DNA from: Eledone cirrhosa
Lineage: Eukaryota
Reading direction: 5' to 3'
DNA: 64,000 nt
NCBI GenBank assembly: GCA_964016885.1
Contig: OZ024754.1
Location: forward strand, 17,856,001 to 17,920,000
Of the stretch, positions 1-12,200 are shown in pieces (position 1 is the stretch's first letter; the number at the start of each line of letters is the position of its first letter). The notes beneath the pieces were generated by a model. It saw nothing but the letters and a program-made list of their open reading frames with translations, did no database searches and was not told the DNA's origin. The translations under genes were made by a program, and so were the position numbers.

Positions 1-608
1 CCTAAATTAAATGATTTGAATGTTAACGGTCAACCAGATATGTTTGGATATATATTGTATATATAGATAATTGTCTAAAGACTTGGTATTAACCTTCATA
101 TGAATACACCCAATTATATTTAAAATTCCGATTGATGAATATTTTTAGATATTTCAATAATTCAATGAATTGAGTTTTTTTTTCCTTTTGCCTAAAACTA
201 AGCCCAAATGTTGTTCTAATTTAATATCTCCCTATATTATTACACTATAAAAGTTATACCTCTTTATCTCTCTTTCTCTCTCTGTAATCAACTCTCTTTT
301 GTTTTCTAGGCTCCTACTCGCTATATTATCCCCTCATCTGTTTCTTCCTCTATGCCTTTCTTTTCTTTCATCTTTCTTCAGTAATTTAAATTATTTAAAT
401 CTTTAACAGTTATATTGCTGCCATGTATTTTTTAAGCTTTCTCACTCTCTATTATATGTATTATACACTCTCTATTATATGTATTATATGTAGTTTTTTT
501 CATGTTTTCAATATTAAGGTATATAAATATTGAGTTTTGTCATATATTTCTCACTACCATGACTGAATCTTAACCATTTACTATGTCAGGGTATGTCATG
601 CATCAACT

Positions 609-675
609 TATTTTATCTGATGAGGACGTACTGTTGAAGTTAACTCAGTACCTCTGAAATATGTATAATAAAATA
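609..675 (+). ncRNA. Type I minimal hammerhead ribozyme at a Penelope-like 3' end
   Basis: Stem I TATTTTAT/ATAAAATA, core CTGATGA (617-623), stem II containing GTACTG...CAGTAC, GAAA (656-659), short stem III, then TA. Lies ~140 nt upstream of a (TA)n tract. Confidence 0.8.
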
Positions 676-836
676 TACTTGATTACAAGAATATCTATTT
701 TGTTAATATTTTGAATTAATATTAATAACTCCGAAAAACCATCTCTATTGAGTGCTTCCAATCTATTGTAAAACTCATTCTTTGATTTATTCATTGAACC
801 TTGTTTAACCTTTAATTATATATATATATATATATA

Positions 837-968
837 TCACATAAGAAACGGAGAATCAATGTTGCGATGAATAAAATGTATTAAACATATTACAATCGTT
901 TCTATGGCGATTGTAATATGTCTAATAAATTTTATTCATCGCAACACTGATTCTCCGTTTCTTATGTG

Positions 969-969
<1 letters not shown>
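837..969. repeat. Fold-back palindrome inside (TA)n
   Basis: Arms 837-898 and 908-969 are near-perfect reverse complements. Confidence 0.92.
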
Positions 970-1648
<679 letters not shown>

Positions 1649-1743
1649 ATAAAATGCTCGGATCTATTCATTGGAATCTTTGAGCTTATTCTGCAGTGAA
1701 TATGGTGCATGTCTCTCAGACATGACAACCTTAATTTAATTTT

Positions 1744-1819
<76 letters not shown>

Positions 1820-1976
1820 GCTGAAACACTCGCTTTAGGAGTGTTTCTCAAGACCCGAACGTTTCTTACCACTAAATATTGGCAAATGGTGAAATCTATT
1901 TGATATATATTGTATATATTATATATATGGTTAACGAAAAAAAGAGAAAGCAATGATTTTAAAGAATTACTGATGG

Positions 1977-2041
<65 letters not shown>

Positions 2042-2042
<1 letters not shown>

Positions 2043-2954
2043 TAGCAGCAGTACCTAGCGTTGCCTGGGTAGGTAAAATAATATCTGCTTTGATGAAAAG
2101 GTGTTGATCTTAGCGACTGCGAGTTTCTTGAAAATCGGTCGTAAGGTGTAGCAAATGGCGAAATGCTGAGTGAAATCGTATGGAATATGTGGCAGGTGGA
2201 AAAAATCGTATTTTGAAGAGTTAAACGGCTGCCACGCCGTCCCTGAATTAAAAAAATGCAAAGTGTAAGATGTGCTATGATAGGTTCTATCGTAGAATAA
2301 AAGTTGAACCAAATAAATTGATTTATGTGTTAGGTGGAGCCGAAGTTTCGAATTTGAACGAATTCGGTTGAAAAATGTGGGAGCTAGAGCCGAAAAGGCG
2401 GAAATTTGAGCGAAAAGGTGGTATTTTCGAATATTTAAGCGGCTGCCACGCCGTTCCTGAACAAAAAATCTAAAATGTAAAGCCACTTTAAGACGTGAAA
2501 TAATCAGATATAGCGTAGTGTACAATTTGAACAAAGTAGGTTGATTAATGTGGGAGCTAGAAATTTGAGTCTAAAAGTGGTATTTTTGAATATTTAAGCG
2601 GCTGCCACGCCGTCCCTGAACAACAAATGCTAAATATAAAGCCATTACAGGATGTGCAATGATAAATTCTATTTTGCATTAAAATTTGAACGAAATCGGT
2701 GGCAAAATGTGGGAGCTAGAACCAAAAATCTTATTTTTAGATACCTAAAAAAAGGGTGACCCCCCTATCGATTTTTATCTGCAGAATAACCATGGAATAA
2801 AAGAAAAACGATACGCTGATATATAGAAAACACTCCCCGATGACTAATCTATGAGCCTGTAAAGTTTCATGAAAATCGGTCGTAAGATGTAGGCCCTATA
2901 GGTAATACACAGACACACAGGCACACACACACATACTTAATTTTATATATATAC

Positions 2955-2957
<3 letters not shown>
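2042..2957 (-). mobile_element. Non-autonomous Helitron
   Basis: On minus it starts TC and ends CTAG, inserted between A and T. Subterminal hairpin acctagcgttgcctgggt (2053-2070), three internal repeats containing cggctgccacgccgt, and a (CA)-type microsatellite near the 5' end. Confidence 0.8.
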
Positions 2958-2987
<30 letters not shown>

Positions 2988-2992
<5 letters not shown>

Positions 2993-5900
2993 TAATAAAA
3001 ACAATAAAATTAAAATAAAGAACAGATTCCTTATATTGAAAAATTCATCATTTTACGATCGTTTCTGGGATATATGTAGTATGTTGGTATGTATATCATA
3101 TTAAAGATTTATGTAAAAAAATATTACAAATTATCAGAGGAGATATAGATACCTTCACCTATACATGCCATCTTCAGAAATGATGAAGTATGTTTATTGA
3201 AAGAAACAAAGTATTAATATAAAAGGTCTGTTTGGGAACAGGTTTTGAATTGACCAATAGAAAAGAGTTAGAGGTCAAGTTGATAGAATTACAGTAGTAG
3301 AACTTGATGCTAGGAGTGGAGGAATGGAAATTTATGCTTTGAATGAAAATAATACAGTAGGGAAGAGAAAGACAGGGGTTAAAATGAGGTCAAATCAAGG
3401 AAATAGTGAAGGAGTCCCAGAAAATTTGATGTTATTAAAAAATGCTGTTAAAAGCGAAGGGAAAGAAATTTGTGGGATGAGAGTGTTAGTGAGAAATACT
3501 AATCGTATTTAAATTTCAAGGAACCTAGATACATAAAAGGAATTTAAATTAATTGATAGGTATACTTACAGAGTTAAAATTATATTAAATCTTATGAATG
3601 TGATAAATAAAGAAGTAAAAAAATAAAAAAATAAAAAAATATATATAGAAAAACTGAAATAGATAAAATTTTATAAAAAGCAGTGTATCTATCTAAACAT
3701 CCATAATATTAAAGATATAAATTATATTTAATAATCCTAGGTATTAAAAGTGATAAATAGGGGATGCGGTTAAAAGAAGTAGTGAGGTTAAAGATAACTT
3801 TAGGTAAAGTGAGCTGTAAGAGGGAAATAAAATGATGAAATTCTCTGTAGTAAATTTCTAATTATAGGTCAACTAAATTTTAAAAAAATTTTTTTTAATT
3901 AATCATAATTATTTATAAAATATAAGAGTGAGGTATATACTAATTAAGTTTATAATATTTGAAGGTTTTTCTAATTCTATGATTGCATGATATAATTAAC
4001 TCCTGTCGCTTATTTAAAAGGATATCATTAGATTTCATGATTTCAAATAGTTCTTGGGAGCATAACCTACACTCATATCTACTATTTTGATAAGGAGTGG
4101 CCCTTTTGAGCACGCTCCAGGTCAGGTTGTAATCAATATCCCTCTTTCTATAATTATTAATCGCTTCAGCCAGGGAGGTTGTATTAGCTAATGCGGCATT
4201 TTAAAAACTATGTTTGTGTGTATTAAATCTTACTTTAAATTGGTTAGACGTAGCTCCTATATAGGATTGAGTGGAGTCCTTTGTACTAATTACACGTTTA
4301 TAGACTATGTTATTAATAAGACAATTTCCTTTTAATGGGCAATTTCTTTTGATTCTACAGTTACAACCATTCGTAAATATTGTATCAGGAGAGTATCTAT
4401 AGTGGTATTAGTGTTACTAATTTCATTAATGTATGGTTTAGAATGGGTTGTAATTAGATTAGTATGGTTAGACAGGTTGTTGGCGGGTGATAGTTTAGGG
4501 GATGTGGAGCTAGTAGAGTTATGTTTGTTTTGGAGATTATTAGTCAAAATTGGTGTGGAAAAAGGTGGTTTGTTTTGGTTTATTTTAGTATTATTTTGGT
4601 TGGTTTGATGTGTTGGTGGTATATTGGTGGGGTTTTTTTACACTTATATGTGTTGTAAGCATTTATATTCTGTTGTATATTCTTAGTAGTGGAGTAGGAA
4701 AATTTGACAGTAGATCTATTTAAAATTTGATGCTATTTATGGTTTGGTGGGAAGTTTTTCTCTAGGATAGCAAAGAATTTTTTAGGGATATGGTCTTTAA
4801 TCTGTAGATTAAATGGAGCATTATACCAAGTAACTCGTCTATTACGGTTTCGATATTGTTTCTTATATTTATATGATGTATCGGGAGGTTTACTGAGAGA
4901 GTTACTATTAGTGATTCTATTATATATAGGTTTAGTTAGATTAATTGATGTTTTGGTCTGATTACTAGGAATTTTGTTAGTTATGTTGTTGACATAAGTT
5001 AGAGTATTGGGATGAATGGTTTTTTGAAAGTCATTATCTTTTATGTGAGAAGAGGTAGAGAAATTAAGTTTTGGGTTGGTGTTTTTAGGTGTAATATGAG
5101 TGGCATTTAGGTGTGGGTTTTTCATTTAGTGTTTGTTGGTAATATTAGGTTGTATGTTTGAAATATTATTGGTACAAGGTATATAGACTAATTTGTTCTT
5201 GTGGCCGCTTCTAGCTAAAGCTTCATTATAAAAGGGCGCGTTTTTATCGAATACATCATGATTTGATGAAAGGTTAGAGATTCTGAGTGAGATATTATAT
5301 GCTAGGTTTTTAAGGATAGATCTAGGGTGATTAGATTGTGAGTGTATGTAATGCAAGTTTTGGTTAGGTTTATAGTAAGGTTGGTAGATACCTGTAGATA
5401 GGTCCATAGTTATATCTAGGAAATTGACTATTTTACTGGTGTTTTCAAATGTAATAGTGAGATCATAATAATCTTTGAGGAAAGTTCTAAGTTTTTTATT
5501 TTTTTCAATTTCTGATAGGCTAAGATTAGTGGATAGAAGAAGACAGTCATCACGATATAAACCATCTTTAAGGTGGGGAAAAGATGAATTAATGTTAAAT
5601 AGAAGAAAAAGGCCCACAAGATCGGTAATTTGGGCAGAATCACTAGAGCCCATAGTTATGTCGAAGAGATTACTATATGTATTTCTGGACCAATACTCCT
5701 GCTGAAATTCAAGTAGTGTTTGTCTAGCATGCGTGATAATATTGATGTCATCCATAGTTAAGTATGGTCTATTTTTTGCAAATATCAAGGCTTTGTTCAG
5801 GAGTATGGGTGATATAGAGGAATAATATGCATCTATATCGAATTGTAGAAATGAAGCAGAGGATTTATTTTCAATATTAGTAAACCAAGTAATTACTTGG

Positions 5901-6936
5901 GATGTGTTTTCCCAGAGTGGTAAGTTAACGTGTTTTCTTAATTGTGGGATAATTCTATCCAGAATTATTTTGCTAATGATGCCAATGTCAGATTTGGAAG
6001 GGCATATAAGTCTTATAGAAGGATTAGAGTTGAAATTAGATTTGTGATTCTTCAGGTTAAAATGTGTTTTTTTCGGTGCCAAGAGTTCAGTTCTGTCTTC
6101 AATATTGAGTTTATTTACTATGTTGTATGTTTTGTTGTTGATATTGGTAAGAGCCGCATTATTTGTTTTTTTATAATTTTTCCTGAGTTCTTTATAAATG
6201 AACTCATTATAATTATCAATATCCATGTGGTATAGATTTCCAGTTTTGTCAGAGTGGACGTGGACTTTACTAGATTGTTTAGCTCCAATAGGGTAGAATC
6301 GAGATCATTTTGAAAAATGGATTTATATTCCTTAAATCTGAGGTGTTTGATCAAGTCAAATAGGTCTTTCTCAAAGTTTACAAGCAAGGAGTTATGTGGT
6401 GGGTTTTTATATGTGGTGAAATCATACAAGTATTTCTTATCATTACGTTTTGTTTTTCTATCAAAGTGGTAGGCCCTCCATCTGATCCTTTTGATGAATT
6501 GGTTGTTTTTTTGTATCATAAGAAATAAGAATTCATCCTTAGAAGGTATCGGTATATTCTTTAAAGATGTTCCCAAGTATTGTTTTTCCATTGTAATATG
6601 GATAATGGACAGAAAAGAGAGCTCAACTATATATATACAAGAAGTCGTAAAATTATAAGTATTTCATATTAAAATATGAACACTTGTATAAAATTAGGAG
6701 CAGAGTATGTAGATAAATCTACCAAAATAAACGGTAGTGTCCAATCCGTATGAAGAACTCAATGTAATCCAAATATAGAAGATATCATGAAAAGGGAAAA
6801 TGCATTAAAAAATTAACGATAAAAATCATAGGAAAACAGAGTCAAGATAAATTAATAAAAACAATGAAATAAAATGATGTTATTAAAAAATGCTGTTAAA
6901 AGCAAATTTTCTGGGACTCCTTCACTATTTCCTTGA
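2988..6936 (-). mobile_element. Near full-length decayed Penelope-like retroelement (Naiad-type RT plus C-terminal GIY-YIG)
   Basis: Broken ORF 6591 to ~3950: SLKNIPIPSK..FIKRIRWRA, FDITMGSSDSAQ, GLYRDD, SNHP, RRVTWYN, CNCR..CPLKGNCL, IVY...SYIG, CRLC, CNH. Has a 3' hammerhead, its 3' end abuts (TA)n, and a partial repeat of the 3' end sits at 6847-6936. Confidence 0.9.
3044..3187 (-). ncRNA. Type I hammerhead ribozyme with a long stem II, in the 3' UTR of the Penelope-like element
   Basis: Minus strand reads TTCATCATTT-CTGAAGA-(~105 nt, TGG...CCA closing)-GAAA-CGATCG-TA-AAATGATGAA. Perfect 10-bp stem I and palindromic stem III ACGATCGT. Confidence 0.85.
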
Positions 6937-8345
6937 AATTGCTCGGGGTCTGGTTCGGTCCAGACCTCCAGGTGGAGAAAAACTGGAACGAGGTCACGGC
7001 CAAGGTGTTTGCACTCACTCAGAAGTGGGCAGAGTGCAAACTGTCCTTGAAAGGTCGAGCGGAGGTTGCGAACACTTTCATAGCGTCCGTCATCTACTAC
7101 CGCTTGACTGTCGTGCCTTGTCCCCGTGAACACCTCGCCAAGATGGAACGCATGCTCTTCCAGTTTCTGTGGAAGAAGCAGGCTCCGCTGGTGAGGAGAT
7201 CCGTCTGCTGTCAGCACCCTTCCAACGGAGGGCTGGGAATGCCGTGGCTGATGATGCGCAAACATGCGCTGAGGCTGCGGCATCTCCAGGTATTCCTCAC
7301 CGACCCCCAACCGGTGTGGGCACCGTTTGTGAGACAGGCTTTCCCACAGCTCGTCTCGCTAACGGAGCTGCAGTCCTGGGTGAAGAAAAGACCGAAAACG
7401 ATGGGCGCCTGGCACATTGAATGCGCTCAGGCGCTCACAGTCCTCTGGCAAGCGGGCGCAGCAATCAGTGGAGACTCCACTTCGACATTCTATAGAGGGA
7501 TTGTACGTTACAAGGGCGACGACGTGCTCGGAGAGACTCTGGGCGTCGAAGACGATGAGCTCACCAGTCTGTTTGGTAGGACTTTCCGCCCGGGACCTAT
7601 GGACAACTTCCAGAGGTCCCTGGCCTGGCAGTGCTACCGAGGAGCTCTACCGGTTCGTGACAAGATCTACAGGCACGGACGCCCTGGCAGGGATCCTTCC
7701 AAGAGGACGTGTCCAAGATGTGCGCAGGACATTGAAACAGTTCTGCACGCAATTGTACACTGCCCGGGCGTAAGCGACCTGTGGAACTATGCAGAACAAC
7801 TGCTGTCGCGTATGGGACAAATACAGTTGACAGAGTCCATAGTAAGGATCAAACCGCCAGACTCTTTCAAAAACGAAAGAGAGGCGGTTTTCCTCTGTAC
7901 GGTGGCTATGGTGAAAGAAGTTATATGGTGGACGAGGTTGAGAGGCCTTTCTCTCCGGACAACAATTGATTCCCTTCTTTAAGTATCACTTTAGAAGGAG
8001 AATCAGGGTGGAGAGAGAGGCACTGCACCCCAGTAAATTTACTGAAAGGTGGGTGAATGAAGCGAAAATGGCCCGAGTGATTGGGCCTTCTCTGTTTATA
8101 AGCCTGTAGGTTGAGGAAGAGAGCAAAAGGAAGAAAGGAGCACTTGCACAACATGCTCCTTGAGTTGAGGGTTGTTCTATCGACGGGGTATTAAACAACC
8201 CATTTGTGACGCATCCCCCCTATTGGGGATTTTGATTGTTGAAATTGTTTGTTTTTATATTTTTTACACGACTGTATGTAAAATCCCCGGCATGTCTTTG
8301 TATTGTCCCCTTTCTTGTTGCGCCCTTGTGGCTAATAAAGAAATC
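6934..8345 (+). mobile_element. 5'-truncated Tx1/L1-clade non-LTR retrotransposon
   Basis: GC-rich ORF 6933-7982 with KLLGVWFG, LSLKGRA, GGLGMP and a C-terminal CPRC..ETVLHAIVHCP zinc finger. AATAAA at 8334-8339. Confidence 0.88.
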
Positions 8346-8399
8346 TATCTAAAAAGAAAGACTAAGAGAGAGAGATGTTAAAACGAAAAAGGAGAAAAA

Positions 8400-8710
8400 G
8401 AGATTAGTGACGGAAATATAAACGTTATGATACATAAACGTTATGATATAACGATGGAAATATATAAACATTTACGATAAAACGATGGAAATAGAAACGT
8501 TTATATATAATGATAAGCCGAAACACTCGTAAGCCGAAACACTCGTAAGTCGAAACACTCGTAAAGCGAAACGTATAAATAAAGATTAATGTAATGAATT
8601 TGAAAAGCATAGAGATTTGAAACCGCGTCTATTTGTTTCCTTGGCATTTTTTACAGACGGACAGACAGACAAACAAACAGAGAAATGCCCATTATATATT
8701 ATAAGTAGAC
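8400..8710 (-). mobile_element. Helitron-like non-autonomous fragment (5' end)
   Basis: (GACA)n microsatellite followed by gagaaatgcccattatatattataagtaga, i.e. TC start on minus. A partial second copy is at 8932-8970. Confidence 0.45.
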
Positions 8711-8972
8711 TTGGCATGGTGTCAAGTCAGAACCGCCTCGAACTGGTTACTTCTGGCTTGTGCAAGGTGTCTCTATAGCAACCAGCGATTCCCTTGGCCT
8801 CAGTGACCAAAGTCAGTGGAGAGGAGAAGGTAATGTTTCTATAGCGACAGTGTTTCTCTTGGTAGTACCAAAGTGGAGAAAGGAAGAGGAAGGTAATATT
8901 TCTGTAGCACCTACATTTGAGTTTTAGAGAAGGACAGACAGACAGACAAACAGAGAAATGCCCATATATTTC

Positions 8973-9050
<78 letters not shown>

Positions 9051-9306
9051 CACACACAGAAATGTATATATATTTCTGTGTGTGTATATATATATATATA
9101 TATTACACACACAGAAATGTATATATATTTCTGTGTGTATATATATATATATATATATTACACACACAGAAATGTATATATATTTCTTAGAACAAAATTA
9201 TTATTAATGTTTTGCTGTTCATAACAATTGGAATTGAAAAGTTACTTTTGAAATTATTAGTTATTTTACTAATGCTTAGATATGTAAAAATGAAGCAATG
9301 TTTCTA

Positions 9307-9499
9307 ATAATTGTTTCTACTTTTGGCACAAGGCCAGCAATTACCCAGTACATTACTGGTACTTTATTTTATCGACCCCGTGAGGATGAAAGGCAAAGTT
9401 AACCTTGGCGGTATTTGAACTCAGACCGTAAAGGGACGTAACTCCATGCTATGAAGCATGGTGTCCGACTCTCTACAGATTCTGCCAATCCACCGCCCT
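9307..9499 (-). mobile_element. tRNA-derived SINE (Meta-domain-like). Other copies at ~14770, 18478, 18697, 19020, 21700, 22420, 25050, 49530 and 50430
   Basis: Minus strand has A box TGGCAGAATC, B box GAGTTCAAAT, then gcctttcatcct..ggggtcgataaaataaagtaccagt. Many dispersed copies in the window. Confidence 0.85.
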
Positions 9500-9896
9500 A
9501 ATGTCTGTACGTAATGAGGGAGTGAGAGGGGAGAGAAAGAAAGGCAGAGGTGAAGTGATGAAATGACTCTCTCCTCCTCCTCCTCCTCCTCCATCTCCCC
9601 ATTCGTCACAGCGATAGAGGGGAGGAATGTTAGTGTGTTACAAAGAGAAAGAGTGAGAGTGAGAGAAACAGACAGACTAAAAGAGAGGGATAGCTGGAGA
9701 GAGAGAGAGATAGCAACCATGCGCGCACGTGTTTCCACTGTCGGACAGACAGGCAGAGAAATTGCTGGTTATATATTATAAGGAGATATGCAATAAAAAA
9801 AAAACTATGTACGAACCTCAAACGAAATACATGAACAGTGAACACCATGAAATAAGCATTAATAGTATTTAATTAAATGACCATTGTCTTTTTCAG

Positions 9897-11306
9897 TCAA
9901 AGTGAGGTAAACTTTGTCTTTGATTTCTGTACATTTAATATGAATTTGTGCCTATTTTCGTAGCCTAATCTGACTTCAGAAGCTTTTGTCACGAAATTGA
10001 GAGCATGCTTGACTCCTTGGCTATGACAGGGAAGAGGTATTGCTTTTAATGGTCCTGAACGAGCTTTAAGAAGATCAACATTTGTAAAGTTCCGTAAAAC
10101 TGGAGGGGATGTTATAACTTCATTTTCCCAGTTAATCAAATCAACATAATTCTGTGCTTCAAAATTAATTTTGCTTGGTAGTTTGAAATTTCTTAATTCT
10201 TCAGGGGGCATTCGGGGAAGAGTTCTTGCTTTAATAATTCGCTGGATTGCTACTTCCCTAATTTGTCTTCTTCTATCATTCAGCATAGTCAGTAAAATAT
10301 TCTCCGGATGAGCAAAATACGAATTAGTTTTTAACGATTTCTCCATAACTTCTTTATGATCTTGGTTCATATCTTGCATTAGATGTGCCATATACCAACA
10401 ATTACTTGCTCCTTCATGTAACTTTGGGTGAGATTTAATCCAGAACTGGCTTGGAGCATAAACTTGCGTTATGATTTTAACAAAATCCATAATATTCTTT
10501 GGGGGATTTTTTTCCGAAACATATAAGCGAAGAATTCTGTTTGCACATGTTAACCACTTTGTATGATGGATTTTACCAAGTGATCTTGCTGCTAACTGCT
10601 CAAAAACAAACCCTGTCTCAATACTGAGGCATATTTCATACAGATATTTTTGATCTGAGCTTGAAGTATCAACAACTTCTAATGGCAATTCCTTCACTTT
10701 AGTTTATACAGGAGAAAATTTGATTATCTTTAAGTTTGTTACATCTTTAATTTTATTGTCAATTAAGCCTTTTGATGTTCATGGTCCTGTTGTTTCTCCA
10801 TCTATGAATACAAATACATCTCGAAACGGAAGCTCATTTGTATATAGCAGGCATATCAGCCACTGAAGTGGCTTATTTAAGTATAATTCAATTATTTTAA
10901 TTACCCCTCCTAAATGACCGGTGATTACTGGAGTGCTATCACATAATACAGCCTTTAAACTTTCCTGACTGTCAGAATCAATTTAAAAAGTAATAATTTC
11001 TTCTGCAATGCAACGAGCTGTTCCATTATCAGGGGAAATGTGATCTAAATACTCATCACCGGGCTTTTACACAATAACATAGTGCTCTTCACTTTCCATC
11101 CCTCTTGATGTTTTAGTTTTATCCTTTCTGCCATCAAAACCGATGCAGTCAAGCTTTGTATTTTCTGTTTTCATTTTTATAATATTGTTTTTTCCAACTC
11201 CTTTTCTTTCTCTTTCAACTTTTTTCTTATCTAGCATATTTGTATCATTTAAAATTCCCATATCTCTCAAAGCTGCATTAACAATAGCAGCAGCAGCTCT
11301 GCAATT
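9897..11306 (-). mobile_element. hAT-superfamily (hATx/hATm-like) transposase pseudogene, C-terminal two-thirds
   Basis: Motifs GFDGRKDKT..EEH, CDSTPVITG, PLQWLICLLYTNELP, YFAHPENILL and LPCHSQGVKH, with stops. Confidence 0.8.
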
Positions 11307-12200
11307 GTGTACACTGTAAAGTGTTGGTGCCCTATTAAAATACACCCAGTGTACACTGTAAAGTGTTGGTGCCCTATTAAAATACACCCAGTGTACACTG
11401 TAAAGTGTTGGTGCCCTATTAAAATGTACCCAGTGTACACTGTAAAGTGTTGGTGCCCTATTAAAATACACCCAGTGTACACTGTAAAGTGTTGGTGCCC
11501 TATTAAAATGTACCCAGTGTACACTGTAAAGTGTTGGTGCCCTATTAAAATACACCCAGTGTACACTGTAAAGTGTTGGTGCCCTATTAAAATGTACCCA
11601 GTGTACACTGTAAAGTGTTGGTGCCCTATTAAAATACACCCAGTGTACACTGTAAAGTGTTGGTGCCCTATTAAAATACACCCAGTGTACACTGTAAAGT
11701 GTTGGTGCCCTATTAAAATGTACCCAGTGTACACTGTAAAGTGTTGGTGCCCTATTAAAATGTACCCAGTGTACACTGTAAAGTGTTGGTGCCCTATTAA
11801 AATGTACCCAGTGTACACTGTAAAGTGTTGGTGCCCTATTAAAATGTACCCAGTGTACACTGTAAAGTGTTGGTGCCCTATTAAAATACACCCAGTGTAC
11901 ACTGTAAAGTGTTGGTGCCCTATTAAAATGTACCCAGTGTACACTGTAAAGTGTTGGTGCCCTATTAAAATACACCCAGTGTACACTGTAAAGTGTTGGT
12001 GCCCTACACCCAGTGTACACTGTAAAGTGTTGGTGCCCTATTAAAATACACCCAGTGTACACTGTAAAGTGTTGGTGCCCTATTAAAATGTACCCAGTGT
12101 ACACTGTAAAGTGTGGAGCTTCATTAAAATGTACCCAGTGTACACTGTAAAGTGTTGGTGCCCTATTAAAATGTACCCAGTGTACACTGTAAAGTGTTGG
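11307..12200 (+). repeat. 42-bp minisatellite (~21 copies), SINE-derived
   Basis: Unit gtgtacactgtaaagtgttggtgccctattaaaa(taca/tgta)ccca. Runs into the SINE-like ggcattaagaggggcatctaggtgtagaaac. Confidence 0.95.

Noticed and set aside
3950-6591. Possible selenocysteine recoding as reported for some Naiad elements
   Set aside because: The conserved Cys positions I read use TGT/TGC, and the in-frame stops seen are TAA/TAG decay mutations.
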